Origin: the human T2T-CHM13v2.0 reference genome, Homo sapiens
Assembly (NCBI RefSeq): GCF_009914755.1
Contig: NC_060937.1
Length of the DNA stretch: 64,000 bases
Direction: 5' to 3' (one strand)
The notes under the pieces were generated by a model. It was not told where the DNA came from and ran no database searches. It was given only the letters and a program-made list of their open reading frames with translations. Positions 1-13,359 of the stretch are shown piece after piece. A program made the position numbers and the translations under genes. Each line of letters begins with the position of its first letter. Within the stretch, counting starts at the first letter, position 1.

Positions 1-450
1 AGATTTTTCTGGACATGTTCTCTTCCTTTATTGGGAGAAAATTTCCAGGGGTAGAATATCTGGGTTGCAAAATAAGTGTATGTTTAATTTTTATAAAAGA
101 AATAGCTAAACTTTTTTTCCAAAGTGATTTTTCTATTTTTCATTCCCATCAGCAATGTATGAGAATTCCAATTGCTTCGCAAAAGTCGTCAACACTTGGT
201 ATTGTCAGTTGATTCATTTTAGCCATGGTGTGGGTGCCTAGTGGCATACATTGTCCTTTATATTTGCAATTCCCTAATGATGTTGAGCACTTTTTCATGT
301 GACCATTGGCTGTGTGTGTGTATGTATATTTTTGGTGTGACGTGCTAGTTAGTCTTTTGCCCATCAAAATTAATTGGATTGTTTTTCTTTTTGTGATTGA
401 GCTATAGGAGTTCATTATATGTTTGGGATGGAAGTCTTTTATCTGCTGTA
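1..450 (-). mobile_element. Old LINE-1 (L1M) ORF2 3' fragment
   Basis: ORF 149-487(-) contains ANGHMKKCSTSL (L1 ORF2 C-terminal motif); antisense L1 text 'cattcccatcagcaatgtatgagaattcca'. Confidence 0.8.
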
Positions 451-699
451 GGTAAGGAAATAGTGGTTTGCTTATTGCCCCGCTCAAATAATTTCTGCCA
501 TGCCCCGGAGTCTGTGGACAGAAGTATCAACTCTCAGTCCTCGGGCTGGCTGTATCGTTGCCCCCACCCTGCAGCATCTCTTGCTCCCAGCAAGTTGGTT
601 TCCTCATCAGCTTCCTGAAGTGCTGTGTTCTTTTCTGACTCCTGACAAAGACTGTTTTCTTCATTACACTCTACCCAGGCTCCCCTGAGCCCCTTTCCT

Positions 700-1090
700 C
701 CATTAATCCCTGTATTCTGCGGTCAGTGTCCAATTTTGTCGAGAATTTTGCTAAGTCAGTTTAGCAAGAATCCTCCATCCTCGATATCTGAGCACCCTGA
801 TACCTGATAGGGTTCTTCATCCACCACCATCCCTCAGGTTGTGTGTGATCGCCCTGGTCTGTCTTCAGTAAGAATCATGCTGGGTGAGTTTAGCCAGAAT
901 CTTCCCTTCCCCGTGATGTTTCCTCTTAGTAATTTCCGTCCACTGACCCCCACTCTTCTCCTGGGCTATAAATTTCTACTTTTTCTTGTATTCAGAGTTG
1001 AGCTCAATCTTTCTCCCACCACAAAATCCCATTTCAGGGATCCTTATACCTATCATGATGGTCCTGAATAAAGTCTGCATTACATTTCTT
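700..1090 (+). mobile_element. ERV1-class LTR (MER39/MER4-group-like); 5' boundary uncertain
   Basis: 'gagaattttgctaagtcagtttagcaagaatcc', repeated 'tttagccagaatc', TATA 'ggctataaa', 'aataaagtc'; subfamily from memory. Confidence 0.55.
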
Positions 1091-1099
1091 TAAAAAGTA

Positions 1100-1715
1100 T
1101 CACAAAATAAACTAGGCACAGAAAGATAAACATTGTATGTTCTCACTTATCTGTGGGATCTAAACATCAAAACAATTGAACTCATGGACATAGAGGGTAG
1201 AAGAATGGTTACCAGAGACTGGGAAGGGTAGTGAGGGGTTGAGAAGGAGATGGGGATGATTAATGGGTTAAAAAATAGAAAGAATGAATAAGACCTACTG
1301 CGTGATAGCACAATAGGGTGACTGTAATCAATAATAACTTAATAATAACTAAATTGTATTTTAAAATAAAGAGTGTAATTGGATTGTTTGTAATTCAAAG
1401 GATAAATGCTTGAGGGGATGGACACCCCATTCTCCATGATGTGCTTTTTTTATTATTATTATACTTTAAGTTCTAGGGTACATGTGTACAACGTGCAGGT
1501 TTGTTATATATGTATACATGTGCCATGTTGGTGTGCTGCACCCGTTAACTCGACATTAACATTAGGTATTTCTCCTAATGCTATCCCTCCCCCTACCCCT
1601 CACCCCATCCATGACAGGCCCTCATGATGTGCTTTTTTACATTCCCTGCCTTTATCAAAACATCTCATGTACCCCATAAATGTATATACATATAGTACTA
1701 TATAGGTATATATAC
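1100..1715 (+). mobile_element. L1MA 3' UTR, interrupted by an L1PA insertion
   Basis: 'gttctcacttatctgtgggatctaaa...attgaactcatggacatagag', 'tgcttgaggggatggacacccc', resumes 'catctcatgtaccccataaat'. Confidence 0.85.
1451..1622 (-). mobile_element. 5'-truncated L1PA 3' end with 16-bp TSD
   Basis: 'ttattatactttaagttctagggtacatgtg'; TSD CATGATGTGCTTTTTT at 1435-1450 and 1623-1638. Confidence 0.92.
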
Positions 1716-1719
1716 TTGT

Positions 1720-2182
1720 AGAACAATGTTTATAGTAGTATTCATAATAGTCAGATGGTTGAAACAACCCAAGTGTTTAGCAACAGATGAACGGTATATC
1801 CTTGACATGGAATATTATTTGGTTTTTAAAATAAATGAAATTCTGATAGTGCTGTAACATGAATGATCCTTGAAGACATTATGCTAAATGAAATAAGCTA
1901 GTCACGAAAAGACAAATATTGTATGATTCCATTCCTATGAGGAACCTCTTATAGTCAAATGTACAGAGATAAAAAGTAGATTAGAGGTTACCAGGGCCCT
2001 AAGGGTGGGAGAATGGGGAAGTATTGTTTAATGGGTACAGAGTTTCCGTTTTGGATGATGAAAATGTCTGGGAATGGGCAATGATGAGGGTTGTACAACA
2101 TTTTGAATGGACTTAACACTACAGAATTGTATACTTAAAAATGATTAAAACAGTAAATTTTATGTTAGGTGTATTTTATCAT
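1720..2182 (+). mobile_element. L1MB-type 3' UTR
   Basis: 'gacattatgctaaatgaaataagctagtcac...gggtacagagtttccgttttggatgatgaaaa'. Confidence 0.8.
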
Positions 2183-2334
2183 GGGAACTCCCCCCAGTAT
2201 ATCTAAACTGAAAGCAAGAAAGGGAAATCCGTAAGTGTCAAAATTAAAGACAGAATTAGGAGCAGCACGAAGAGGGTGGGTGAAAAGCCTTATAAGGCTG
2301 TGAGGCAGGTGGAGGCTGCTCTGTGCTGTAGGAA

Positions 2335-2480
2335 GTGATTTCAGCCTCAGCTGCACATTAAAATCAACTGGAGAGCTTCCAAAAGCCCTGGTGTCTGGAC
2401 CTCAACCCCAGAAATTCTGATTTAATTGGGTTGGGGGTGACCTGAGCTTCCTGTATAACTAGCTTCTGGGAATTCCCATG
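2335..2480. mobile_element. MER5A-like hAT-Charlie relic
   Basis: 'ctgcacattaaaatcaactggagagctt...ccccagaaattctgatttaattgg'. Confidence 0.7.
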
Positions 2481-2599
2481 GATTTGAAAGCTCTCTGAAT
2501 ATGAGTTTGCAGCCAACATGACAAATCGTATGAGGAAGGGAGGGAGGGTAGGGCCAAAGCAAAAGAAAACAGGACAGTATAAAAGATAACTTAAAAGTA

Positions 2600-4640
2600 A
2601 GTGTGTTTTAAGCATTCAAAGATTTAAATGAAGGAATAGGAACCAGAGTAGGAACATGACACTGTGACAAGATTTGAAAGAGAACTGAATAAAAATAAAA
2701 ACTCTGCAAAGTAAATTAGCGAGACCAAAAGACGGAAAATTTGAGAGCATTTATAGGGCTTGGGACAGAGTAAGCCAGTTCCAAGATATGCCTAATAGAC
2801 ATTCCTGGATGACAGAACAGAGAGGATGGAGGAGAGATGCAATGGGGGAATATTCCGTATCAAGGAAAGATGCAAATTCTCAGATTGAAGGAACACACTG
2901 TCCTGAAAGATCCCAGATGAATTAAAGTTAAACTGTAAAAAATCAAAGACAAAGAGAAGATCCTCCACTCTGCCTGAGAAAGAAGACAATGACTTAGAAA
3001 GATGCCCGTGGGGACAGCTGCTGTCCCCAGCAGCAAGAGGGGGTAAAAGTGGTCTTTAAGAGGTCGGGGAAAAACACACATTGTTCTTGTAATTCAAGAG
3101 TTAAGGCAAAATTAGACACTTTCATATCTACAAAGAGAAAGAAAATGTCTGGTCTCCTCTGAAGGAACTAACAAAGGCTGTATGTTTGTAGAACAGACAT
3201 TGTACAATTTTTAAAATTAAATTCAAGTATTACATGTTAATGCTTGTGAGATGAGATGAACCATTTATTTAGAGAGAAATGTGTAGCCTTACATGCATGA
3301 GTTAGAAAACAAAACAAAAAATAAAATAAACAAATAAGTATCCAAATCAAGAAAATGGACAAAAAATCAAACTAAAACCAAACAGAGTAAACCCAAGCAG
3401 AAGGGAAAATACAATAAGGATAAAGTCAGAAATTAATGAACTATGCTGGTCAAATGATTATTAAGCAGCATATCTAGGTATCTACGCATGTATGTATCTA
3501 TGTATCTCTCCCCTTTGGAAATCAATAAAAAAGCAAAAAATTATATAAAAGAGAGTAAAATTTATGAGCAAGCATTTCACATGAACAGAAACTTTAATGG
3601 TTAATGAGCATGAAAATATGCTCAGCCTCACTCTGCTCATTGAAAAAATGTCAAGTAAGAAAACATTGAGATACCATTTCACACCCATCAAATTATCAAA
3701 CATTAAAAAGGAAAATTTGTCAGTACAAATAAGGACATGGGGAAGCAGGAACTCACTTCTGCTGCTGACAGGAATGTTGATTACTATCGTGACTTAAGAG
3801 AGCAATTGGGCAGCTTCCTGGTAAAGCAGAGGAGGTACACACCCAGCATTTCTACTTCAGCTGAGTGCCTCTGATGCTCGCTGCAAGATGGATTTTGTTA
3901 TAGCAAAAAATTGGAACTTAGATGTCCACCAACAGAGTTAAGGATAAATTATTATCTGGAATCTCCTGAATGTTATACAATATTTAAGATGAATGACCTA
4001 TATCAGTATGTACCAACCTGGGCTGATGTTAAAAACAATGTTGATATGCTAAATGAAATAAGCCAGAGACAGAAGGACAGAAATTGTGTGATTATTACAT
4101 TTATGTGAGGTACCTAGAATAGTCAAATTCATAGAGACAGAAAGTGGAATGGCGATTGCCAGGGGCTATGGAGAGGGAAGAAATAGGGGAGTATTGTTTG
4201 ATGGGTGCAGAGTTTCTATTTAGAATGATGAAAAAGTTCTAGAAATGGATGTGATGGCTACAGAACATTGTGGATATACTTGATGTTACTAAATTGGATG
4301 CATAAAAATAGTTAAAATAGGCATCTTATGTATATTTACAATAAAAACATTAAAAATCCATAACGTGGAGTGGAGAAAGAAATTTGTAGAAAGGTATATA
4401 TATTTTAAGATAACTAAGATTGTTTATGATACATGCATATGTATTGAAAGTATAACTCATGAATGGCCAGGGTGTACACAGTTGCAAGACAGTGGTTTTA
4501 CCGGAGAGGGAAAGAGCCAAGTGGGAAGCCTCAACTGCGTGTGATATTTCTTAAAAAGTCAAAGATCTGAAGGAAACATAACAAAATATCGATACATAAT
4601 TCTTAGCGGTGGTACATGCACCTTTGAAATATTTACATTA
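2600..4640 (+). mobile_element. Highly degraded L1M/L1ME fragments, with an L1MB 3' UTR piece at ~4045-4360
   Basis: A-rich plus strand; ORF 3597-3797 contains LRYHFTPIKL (ORF2 C-terminus); 'aatagtcaaattcatagagacagaaagt'. Confidence 0.65.
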
Positions 4641-6154
4641 AAGAAATCACCAGGACCATGGTTTGGGGAAATTTCCTGATAATTTAGTCGACCATTTCCA
4701 ACATTTACAGGATCGCCTGGTGATGGGTTGGAGGTGGAGAGGGAGGTACTGCACATCTCTCAAACATCTGTTGACATCTTTCTTACCCCAAGAAATTTAA
4801 TCACCAGACATTTCCTTGTATTATGGTGGACCAGGTGTGAGAAGAGCGGTCCTCGTATTTTGCCAAATGAAGGTGAGCCAGTTTTCATGGAAGACCTTCC
4901 ACACAAGGTCCTCCAGGGAAGGGAATCATCTGGGGCCTTCTGGCTGGCTGAATTGTACATGGATTCTAGCTAACCGTAAATAACCATGAACAAAGAATAT
5001 CTCAGTAGCCAATATTTTTCTCTGCTGGTATCAAATGAAATTCATTTGGTATCAGCTGGAGTTTTTATAGTGCTAATGGAAGTTATTTTCAGTTATCACG
5101 TCAGTCCATAAGTATACAAAGGCAGCAATTTCACTGGAAATCTGGAGATCAGTTTGTATGTAGGGTGTATGCTTTAGACTATTTCTGCAGTGTAAGCTTT
5201 TATCTTAAGAAATGTGGGGAATCATAAATAAAAAGGGAATGATGAAACAGAACATCCAACAAGGGCGAAGGGCGGGCTTGGAAACGTTTCATAGCATGAA
5301 CATCTGAACTCCAAGATGTGGTGATGTCCAGGAAGCCCTGGGCGCGATAGGGAGCCCACGCATCTGAGAGCTCATTCCCCCGAATGTTAGTTAGCGCCCC
5401 TCCCCATTCCAACGATAGCTCTTTAAATACTGACAGTGTTTGCTTCTGTGCAGCCTCTATTTGATCTCATTCCATGGGGTAGAGGAACGGAGCCGGAACC
5501 ATCAATTTTTGTTTTTTAATAAACTCGTGTAATTTGACCATACCACCACCAGGTACAAGAATGACAATGGAGCCCTGTAAATAAAAATCTGCTCCCTGCA
5601 GGATTTTAATTATTTATATTCTTTCAGCAAACAGAACCCCTGTCTGTTGTTGATGATAGCATGTGCGTACATTTAAGGATCAAAATGCAGTGCCAAGGTT
5701 GTTTAGCCCAGGGAGGGGCAATTTAATTTTTTCCCCCTATGAACATGGAAATGCTGAATGCCTGATATGGTTGTGCTAAATATCATAGCTAGTAGCATTG
5801 CAGACAACTTGTTTTGTAGTAAGGACTCAGAGCTTAAGGGATTTTTTTTCTCCCTGTAAAGGCCAAAGGTAGGGTCATCTGACTCCCTTACTACGTTACA
5901 TGTCCAACCGTTGATAGAACACTGCTTTTAGAAGGAATAAGCAAGAACTGTCCCCTAAAATGGTTAAAATAATAAATTTTTATGTGATGTATGTTTCATC
6001 ACAATGTGTTTACCATGGTACAAATGGATAAAAAAAAATCAGTAAGCAAGTGAACAAGGTTAGTTCACACATGTTAGTTAGGCACGGAACACTATGCCAG
6101 GTACTGGGTGGGGGATGGTAAAGATTGCTTGGGATAGCAATGCTGTCTCTATTC

Positions 6155-6470
6155 CTTAAAAAAATTAAACCAACATATAATAATTGTACATATTTATGGG
6201 TACATAGTGATGTTATGATACATATAATGTGTAATAATTAGATCAAGGTTATTAGCTACCCATTATCTAATACATTTATCATTTCTTTGTGTTGGAAACA
6301 TTCAATGTCCCCCTTCTAGCTATTTGGAACTATAATTAACATATTATTTTAACTACAGTCATCCTACATCCGTGCTATAGAACACTAGAACTTATTCTCC
6401 CTATACAGCTGTAACTATATCCTTTAAAACTCTCTCCTGATTTTCCCCTTCTCTCTACCCTTCTCAGCAG
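6155..6470 (-). mobile_element. L1MA 3' end
   Basis: 'aattgtacatatttatgggtacatagtgatg...tgctatagaacactagaacttattc'. Confidence 0.8.
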
Positions 6471-7408
6471 GCATTCTCCCTTCTACGAGTCATTCCTTTT
6501 TATAGCTGCTTTCTCTTATGATCCTTTCCTAGCTCTGAGTAGAGTCCCCGGCTAACAGTGGGCGGACAGATGTTTATTGAATAAAATAAAAGATATGCTC
6601 CCTGCTCTTGAAGAGCAGGGCAGAAAGAACATTGTTTTCCAAAAAAATCTAAGGGGGATTATTTATTTGCATGTATCCATCATTTGTTTGAGTGCATCTG
6701 AGCACAGGTCATGGGTGTGCAGTGGGGGCTGTCAGGGCCCCACCCAGATCCAGTCACTGAGCCAGTTCACCTGCCCCAGCTTCTGGGAGCCTTGGTGTCC
6801 ACAGCTCACAGTTACCCTTGGCCAGACAAGAGCCACTGTTTACCAGCTTCAGATGGCTGCATCCTTGCTTTCTTTATTTTTCAGTCCTATCCCACAATTC
6901 TCCTGCTCCTCCTGTGACCTGTCACCCGATAAATCACTCCAGTGAGTCCTCTTCTGAGACTTTGCTTCTAGGAGAGCTGACCAACGACAGCGTTTAAAAG
7001 GCGTTCCCTACATACTGAATGAATGAATGAGCACTCCTTTGGTCATCTCTGACGGAAATCACTGCATCCAGGGCCCCAAGTTGGTGCAAAATCCAGGGGT
7101 TATAAGAGTGGGATGATCAAGCACAGAATCTGAGGGCAGTAGGGGTTGAGAGAATGTGGGCAGGGAAGAAAAAATTAGGGCATTTTTTTTTTCTTGGTTT
7201 CACTCCTAAACTTGAAGATATAGCACAAATCCACATCACTCCCAGCCTCTCAAAATATTGTTATTTCTTCCACTTCCCTTATCATGCAATAAGATAAGGT
7301 TTTTGGGAACAAATGGTTTTGAGACAATTTTGTGGTCCAGGAGATACAGGAACACTTATCCCTCCAATCATTGCATGTCTTACACTGCATTCTGTTTTGT
7401 AGTTGCTA

Positions 7409-8120
7409 CTTTATACAAACAATTCAGAAGGGTCATGCACCTTCAAATCACTAGCATGAATGCCAGATGTATAATATGATGTTAAATTTTTTTGATTGTT
7501 AAAAACCATTTATCACTTGTGATTTAGTTGTTACGTCATTCAAAGCACCCAATTTATTGTCCTCTGCAGCTGACGTGATGCAACTGGCATCACAGTGTGC
7601 AGAGTTACGGTCTCCTTTGCATTTTCTTCGCAACTCCCCTGAGTATCTTCAAAGCAGGACCGATACTTCTGCCCCTCACCTCTTGTGTTGCAGATAGTTC
7701 TCACGAAAGAAGGGGGCGTTCTGGGCTGGACATTTCTTTTGTTCGGGGGGTGTCCTTTAATGAAGTTCTTTCTGACGCTGTGCTAGAGGGCTCAGAGTTT
7801 CAACTTCATCTAGTGTTTCAGAGTCTCAATCTTTGTAAACTGACATTCATCAACATTAACAAATATCACTGAAAACACCATTGCACACTTGGCTTTCCAC
7901 AGTTTTTTTTTTTTCAAAGACCAGCTCTCTCTGTTGCCCAAGCTGGAGTGCAGTTGTGTAATCATATCTCACTGCAGCTTTATACAAATGAATGACGTAA
8001 CAACGAAATCACAAATGATAAATGGTTTTCAAAATCAAAAAATTTAACATCATACTATACATCTGGCATTCATGCTGGTGATTTGAAGGTGCATGACCCT
8101 TCTGAATTGTTTGTATAAAG
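7409..8120. repeat. Inverted repeat: 7409-7541 versus 7990-8120
   Basis: Reverse complement of 7990-8120 aligns to 7409-7541 with about 7 differences by hand alignment. Confidence 0.95.
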
Positions 8121-8327
8121 CAGGCTCCTGGGCTCCCACAATCCTCCAATCGTCCTGCCTCAGCTTCTTAGTAGTTGAAACTACATGTGACACCATGCCT
8201 GGCTAATGTTTTTTAGAATTTTTTTTTTTTTTTTTTTTTTTGTAGAGACCTAGTTTCACTATGTTGCCCAGACTGGTCTCAAACTCCTGGACTCAAGCAA
8301 CCCTCCTGCCTTGGCCTCCCAAAGTAT
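7903..8327 (-). mobile_element. AluJ interrupted by a ~140-bp insertion at ~7980-8121
   Basis: poly-T, 'gctggagtgcag', J-type 'ctcactgcagc...ctcctgggctc', 'tgtagagac', 'gcctcccaaagt'. Confidence 0.88.
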
Positions 8328-8729
8328 CAATATTTTAAATAAAGACCAAACCAAAGGCTTTTGTGAAAACAGAATTTGTATCTCTTCTTCATTATGGCAT
8401 GGATAGGATGCAAATATCAGCAGGGCTGCTGTCTTTGCCTCAATCTGCTCAATAGCTACCATTTCTGATTGTTTAAGTCATCCTGGTTATATTGGCTTTT
8501 TATTTTTTGTGGGGGACCTAGGGTTAGGGTTACCGTAAAATCATACCCAGATGCTGCACTTAAAATGCAAGCACTCAATTTTTAACTATGATGAGATTAG
8601 AAACTGTACATAATAAATAGAATTTTGAGAAAAATGTTGAAAAATACTCTGAGGAGGTCATTCTCTGGTGTGTGGCTTGTTTAGTCTAAACTCTGGAGCT
8701 CTGCAAATCCCCTGTATGATTTCATTGTC

Positions 8730-9100
<371 letters not shown>

Positions 9101-9149
9101 TCATTCCCAACATTTTTTCCAATTGTAAATTTCTTGCTTTATGTTTCCT

Positions 9150-9400
9150 TTAAAATTATTTATTCACTTTATTTTACGTATATGTAAATTTTACATCTAT
9201 TTTACATAAATAATACGTATATTTTACATATATAATTAACAGAATAATTATTATATATATTTTATATATATATATATCTCCATCCCCTCAAAGATTTATC
9301 CTTTGTGTTACAAACAGTTCAATTGTAATCTTTTAGTTACTTCAAAAGGTACAATTATTATATTATTGACTACAGTCACCCTGTTGTGCTATTTATTTAT
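9150..9400 (-). mobile_element. L1MA 3' fragment with AT-rich flank
   Basis: 'tttatcctttgtgttacaaaca...gactacagtcaccctgttgtgcta'. Confidence 0.7.
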
Positions 9401-10917
9401 TTTAAATCAAACAATGCATAAATTTACTTTTGTGGCAAAAACAATAATATGAATCCCCTCCTCCCAATTCTACTTTCTACCACAGTGATCTTTCTTTGGC
9501 ATGCATCCTTCTAGGCTCTTCTTTGCATTTATAACATATACGTAGCTCTGGGAAACAGTTGAAACTGCACCCCAAGAGGATGGAGGCCATATGAAAATGA
9601 GAAGGAGCTTCATTCACCTTGGGGGAAGCTCAAGGTGGCTTATGGCAATGGTCTCCACTGGAATATGCTTCGTAGGGGGTATAAGAACATGGAGAGTTTT
9701 AAAGAAATCAGTGTCTAGGTCCCTAAATTCTATAGGTCCTCTTTCCTAAAGCTCATTCCTGGAGCGCTTGCCTGAATTCACAATAGTTCTTCTTCCAACT
9801 GGTAAACAAAAAGGTGACCTCTAACCCATCTCAAATCTTATCCACAGATTAGAAGTCTGAAAATCTCTTCAGCCTCCTTTAAACGTTAGTAAAGACACAT
9901 TGAACACATAGAGATTCCCTGTATTTCTCTGTCTTAATCACTATGCAATTAAGGGTGAAAATTGCTGTTCCAGCTCTGGGTTAGATGATCTGGTTCAGAT
10001 ATAGGAATAGTGGGAGTTAAGACATTTTTAATAATGGCTTTATCTCTTCCATCCCCCTCCTTTTGCCAAAAAATGTAAAATTCTGTGAGAGCAAAGCAAA
10101 GTGCACTTTAAGAAATATTGAGTGCTAAAAATGACCTTTTTCATTTATTTAACCATAAGCAATTCTTTTCAGCTATTCTTAGGACTCATTTTTAGTCTGC
10201 TTTATTAGCTGGAAAGCAGAGACTGCTTGTTGAAGAAGCTAACAGTAGGTTAGTATTGCAGAATCTTTTAAATGTCACTGGAAGGCATCTAAAACTACAA
10301 AAAATTTTAGGATACATTATATAAAACCCTTGGCTAAATCTTTATGTGATTTTTTTTTCAGATTTAGGATATGTTATCCAGTTAGGTAGTTAAAAATTAT
10401 TTTGTCACATTATATGTATATAGTATTTAAGTATAATTAATCTTACTTCATGTTATAAAATGTTTAATATTTTCAACTTCTTGTTAACATAAAATATATA
10501 TGCTAGCTTCTGAATGGATTTGCTTTTTAGCAGTTTTGCTTTAAGAGATAACTAATTTCCAATAATTAAATTTCTTTTAATATTTATTCACATTTTTAAT
10601 ATATTTACATTTTTGATCTTTTTTTTACTAATAATTTTAATGATTACACAATATGGAAAGAAGTTTTAATGCTTGAAACATGATCATAGAAAATAAAACA
10701 TAAAAAAGTTTGATTGCTGTAAACAGGCTTTTATTGAATAAACTGTGGTAGTGGGATCAGTAGAAGACTTCCAAGCATTAAAATATATTAAGCTACAAGT
10801 CGGAATGAAGAGTAATGAAAATACAAATAAAAGACAGGAAAGGAAATGTAAACATTTCTAAGGTCAAGAAAGAGCTAGTTCATGTACTGTTAAACTGATA
10901 ATAGTATTACTAAAAAC

Positions 10918-11100
10918 TGTGAAGAGGCTGAGATTTTACCCTCATTGCAACCTACTAGGTTAGCCTGTAACAGGTTCATGGATGCTGGTAGAAGACGTGT
11001 GACTCCTGGATCAGAGACATAAGACTTCATTACTCAGGTTACAGAAGACAGCATGAGCTTCATGTTTGGGCTGATGTCCCCCATGCCTGGCAAGGTCCAT
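10918..11100 (-). mobile_element. ERVL-class LTR fragment (LTR40-like)
   Basis: 'tgagattttaccct...ttcatggatgctggtagaagac...ctcctggatcagagac'. Confidence 0.55.
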
Positions 11101-11842
11101 GGTGCCATGGCTTTGTGTCTGTTTGCCTAGGCTAAACTGTTCCAGAATTCCCTTTACTGTGTATTTCTGGTTGATGTGGAAGATGTGCAGGGCTGAAGGG
11201 AAGTTGCAGCCATTTGTAGATGACCCTCACTGTTCCTCATCTACTGATTCACCTTGTTGATGTGAGGTAGTAACTGGGCCTGTAGGTATTGTATCCCATC
11301 TCCCTCTAGATCCTCTTTTAGCTTCTTTGACTCCAGGGCCAGATGTGTGTGTTCACCTCAGGGATGAAGGACTCTGGCTTCTGCAGGATACTGTCATCAT
11401 CAGAGGCAGAAGCAACAGAAAAGGCAACTGTTTTCCAACAGATGGCTTTCAAACCATTATGAAATTTAGATTCCATTGCATATATTTAGAAGGATGTTGT
11501 AACTTTCATTTTTAAATTTCAGCATTTACAATATGCTAAATATCACATTCTTTACAACTATTTAAGCTTATAAAGCAAATGTTTAGATGTCAATTTAAAA
11601 GTGTTCACAGGGGTACATAATTTTTCAAAATAATTAAAGAGGTATGTGAGCAATGAAGTTTGAAGGCTTTTGGTTTATAGGATGGTCGTGGTTTTAGGAT
11701 GGTTTTATAGGATGGTCAAATATAAGCATGTGGACCTTTGTGTTTTTTCTGGTGCCGTTTTGTGACATCTAACATTACTGTAGGGCTGGAGGCTGCTAGA
11801 ACTCCAATTTCCCTCTTCTAGAAACAGTTCTGTGAGAGTGAC

Positions 11843-12306
11843 TGTGATGGTTAATTTTATGTGTCAATTTGACAGGGTCATGGAATATGGGTGGGTATCA
11901 CCCTTCCTGTTGAGGGCCTGAAATAGAACAAAAAGGTGAGGAATGTTGAAGTCATTCTTGGCCTGACTGCTTGAGCTGGAACATCAATCTTCTGGCGCTG
12001 GTGTTCCTGGTTTTCAGGCTGTCTGACTCGGGCTAGAATCTACACCATCAGCTGTCTGGCTCTCAGGACTTCAAACTATACCACCAGCTTTCCTGGCTCT
12101 CTAGCTCGTATATGGCAAATCGTGGAACGTTTCAGCCTTCATAATTGCATGAGCCAATATTTTATAATAATTTCTCTCTCTCCCTCCATATGTGGGTGTG
12201 TGTATGTGTATGTATATATATGCTTCATATTTGTGCTGGTCCCCCATATATGTCTCCATTCTATTGGTTATTGGTTCTGTTTCTCTGGAGAACCCTGAGA
12301 AATACA
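11843..12306 (+). mobile_element. MLT2 (ERVL) solo LTR
   Basis: Starts 'tgtgatggttaattttatgtgtcaa', ends 'ggttctgtttctctggagaaccctgagaaataca'. Confidence 0.9.
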
Positions 12307-12308
12307 GT

Positions 12309-12673
12309 TGCAATGGACTGAATGTTTATGTGCACCCAAAATTTATATGTCAAAATCCTAACCTTCAAAGTGATGGTATTAGGAGGTGGGGCTTTTGGGA
12401 GGTGATTACGTTATGTGAGTGGATTCCTTATGAATAGGATTAGTGCCCTTATAAAAAAGACCACAGAGAAATCCCTCATCCCTTTTGCCATGTGAAGATC
12501 TGGGGAGAAGACAGCTGAGTATAAACAAGGAAGAGGGCCTTCCCCAGACAGGGAATCTGCTGGTGCCTTCATCTTGGACTTCTCGGCCTCCAGGGCTGTG
12601 AGAAATAAATTCTGTTGTTCATGAGCCACCCAGTCTGTGGCCTTTTATTAAGGCAGCTGAACAAACGAAGACA
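12309..12673 (+). mobile_element. MaLR LTR (MLT1A/MST-type)
   Basis: 'ggactgaatgtttatgtg...gatggtattaggaggtggggc...tgtgagaaataaattctgttgtt...aagaca'. Confidence 0.85.
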
Positions 12674-12852
12674 ACGGTGGTGCCTAGAACATTACTTTGA
12701 GACGAAAACAGTTCAGTAGAAAATGTAGTCATTGGGGCAGGAAAAAATACTGTTTGTTGATGATCTTGATGTTGAAAAAAATTTCCCGCAAAGGATGTTA
12801 CCAGAAGTGGTGTTGCAGTAACAGTGCTAGGTAACAATTCCGAGGAGGACAG

Positions 12853-13205
12853 GTATCTCAGTCTGTGCATCTATAACAAAATACCTGAGACTGGGTAATT
12901 TATAAACAATAGAAATTTATTGCTCACCGATCTGAAGGCTGGGAAGTCCAAGATTAAGGCACGTGCTGATTCAGTGCCTGGTGAGGGCTGTCTGCTTCCT
13001 AGATGGCACCTTCTTCCTGGTTCCTCACATGGTAGAAGGGGCAAACAAGCTCTCTCAGGCCACTTTTATAAGGACACTGATATCGCTTATGAGGTCTCTG
13101 TCCTCATGGTGTAATCACCTAAAAGCCCCACCTCCTAATATGATTGCATTGGGGATTATGTTTCAACATATAAATTTTGGGGGGACAGATCTCCAGTTCA
13201 TAGCA
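12853..13205 (-). mobile_element. MST-family MaLR LTR
   Basis: 'ataacaaaatacctgagactgggtaatttataaacaatagaaatttatt...ggctgggaagtccaagat'. Confidence 0.85.
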
Positions 13206-13359
13206 GCAAGTGAGCTGGCAGTGAGTATGCTCCAGGCTAGACCATGCTCCAGGCAATGGACCAGGGGTGGACACTTGATCCACTGAGCCAATGAGAATTT
13301 CTCTCCAGGGAATTTGTAACAGGAGATATGAAGTCAGAAGAAATGGCTTGAGTTGTACT

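Noticed and set aside
8107-8127. 'tttgtataaagcaggct' resembles Gateway attB1
   Set aside because: Imperfect match; fully explained by the inverted copy of 7409-7420 joined to Alu; no other vector sequence
8519-8532. 'tagggttagggtta' telomere-like motif
   Set aside because: Only about two units; expected by chance
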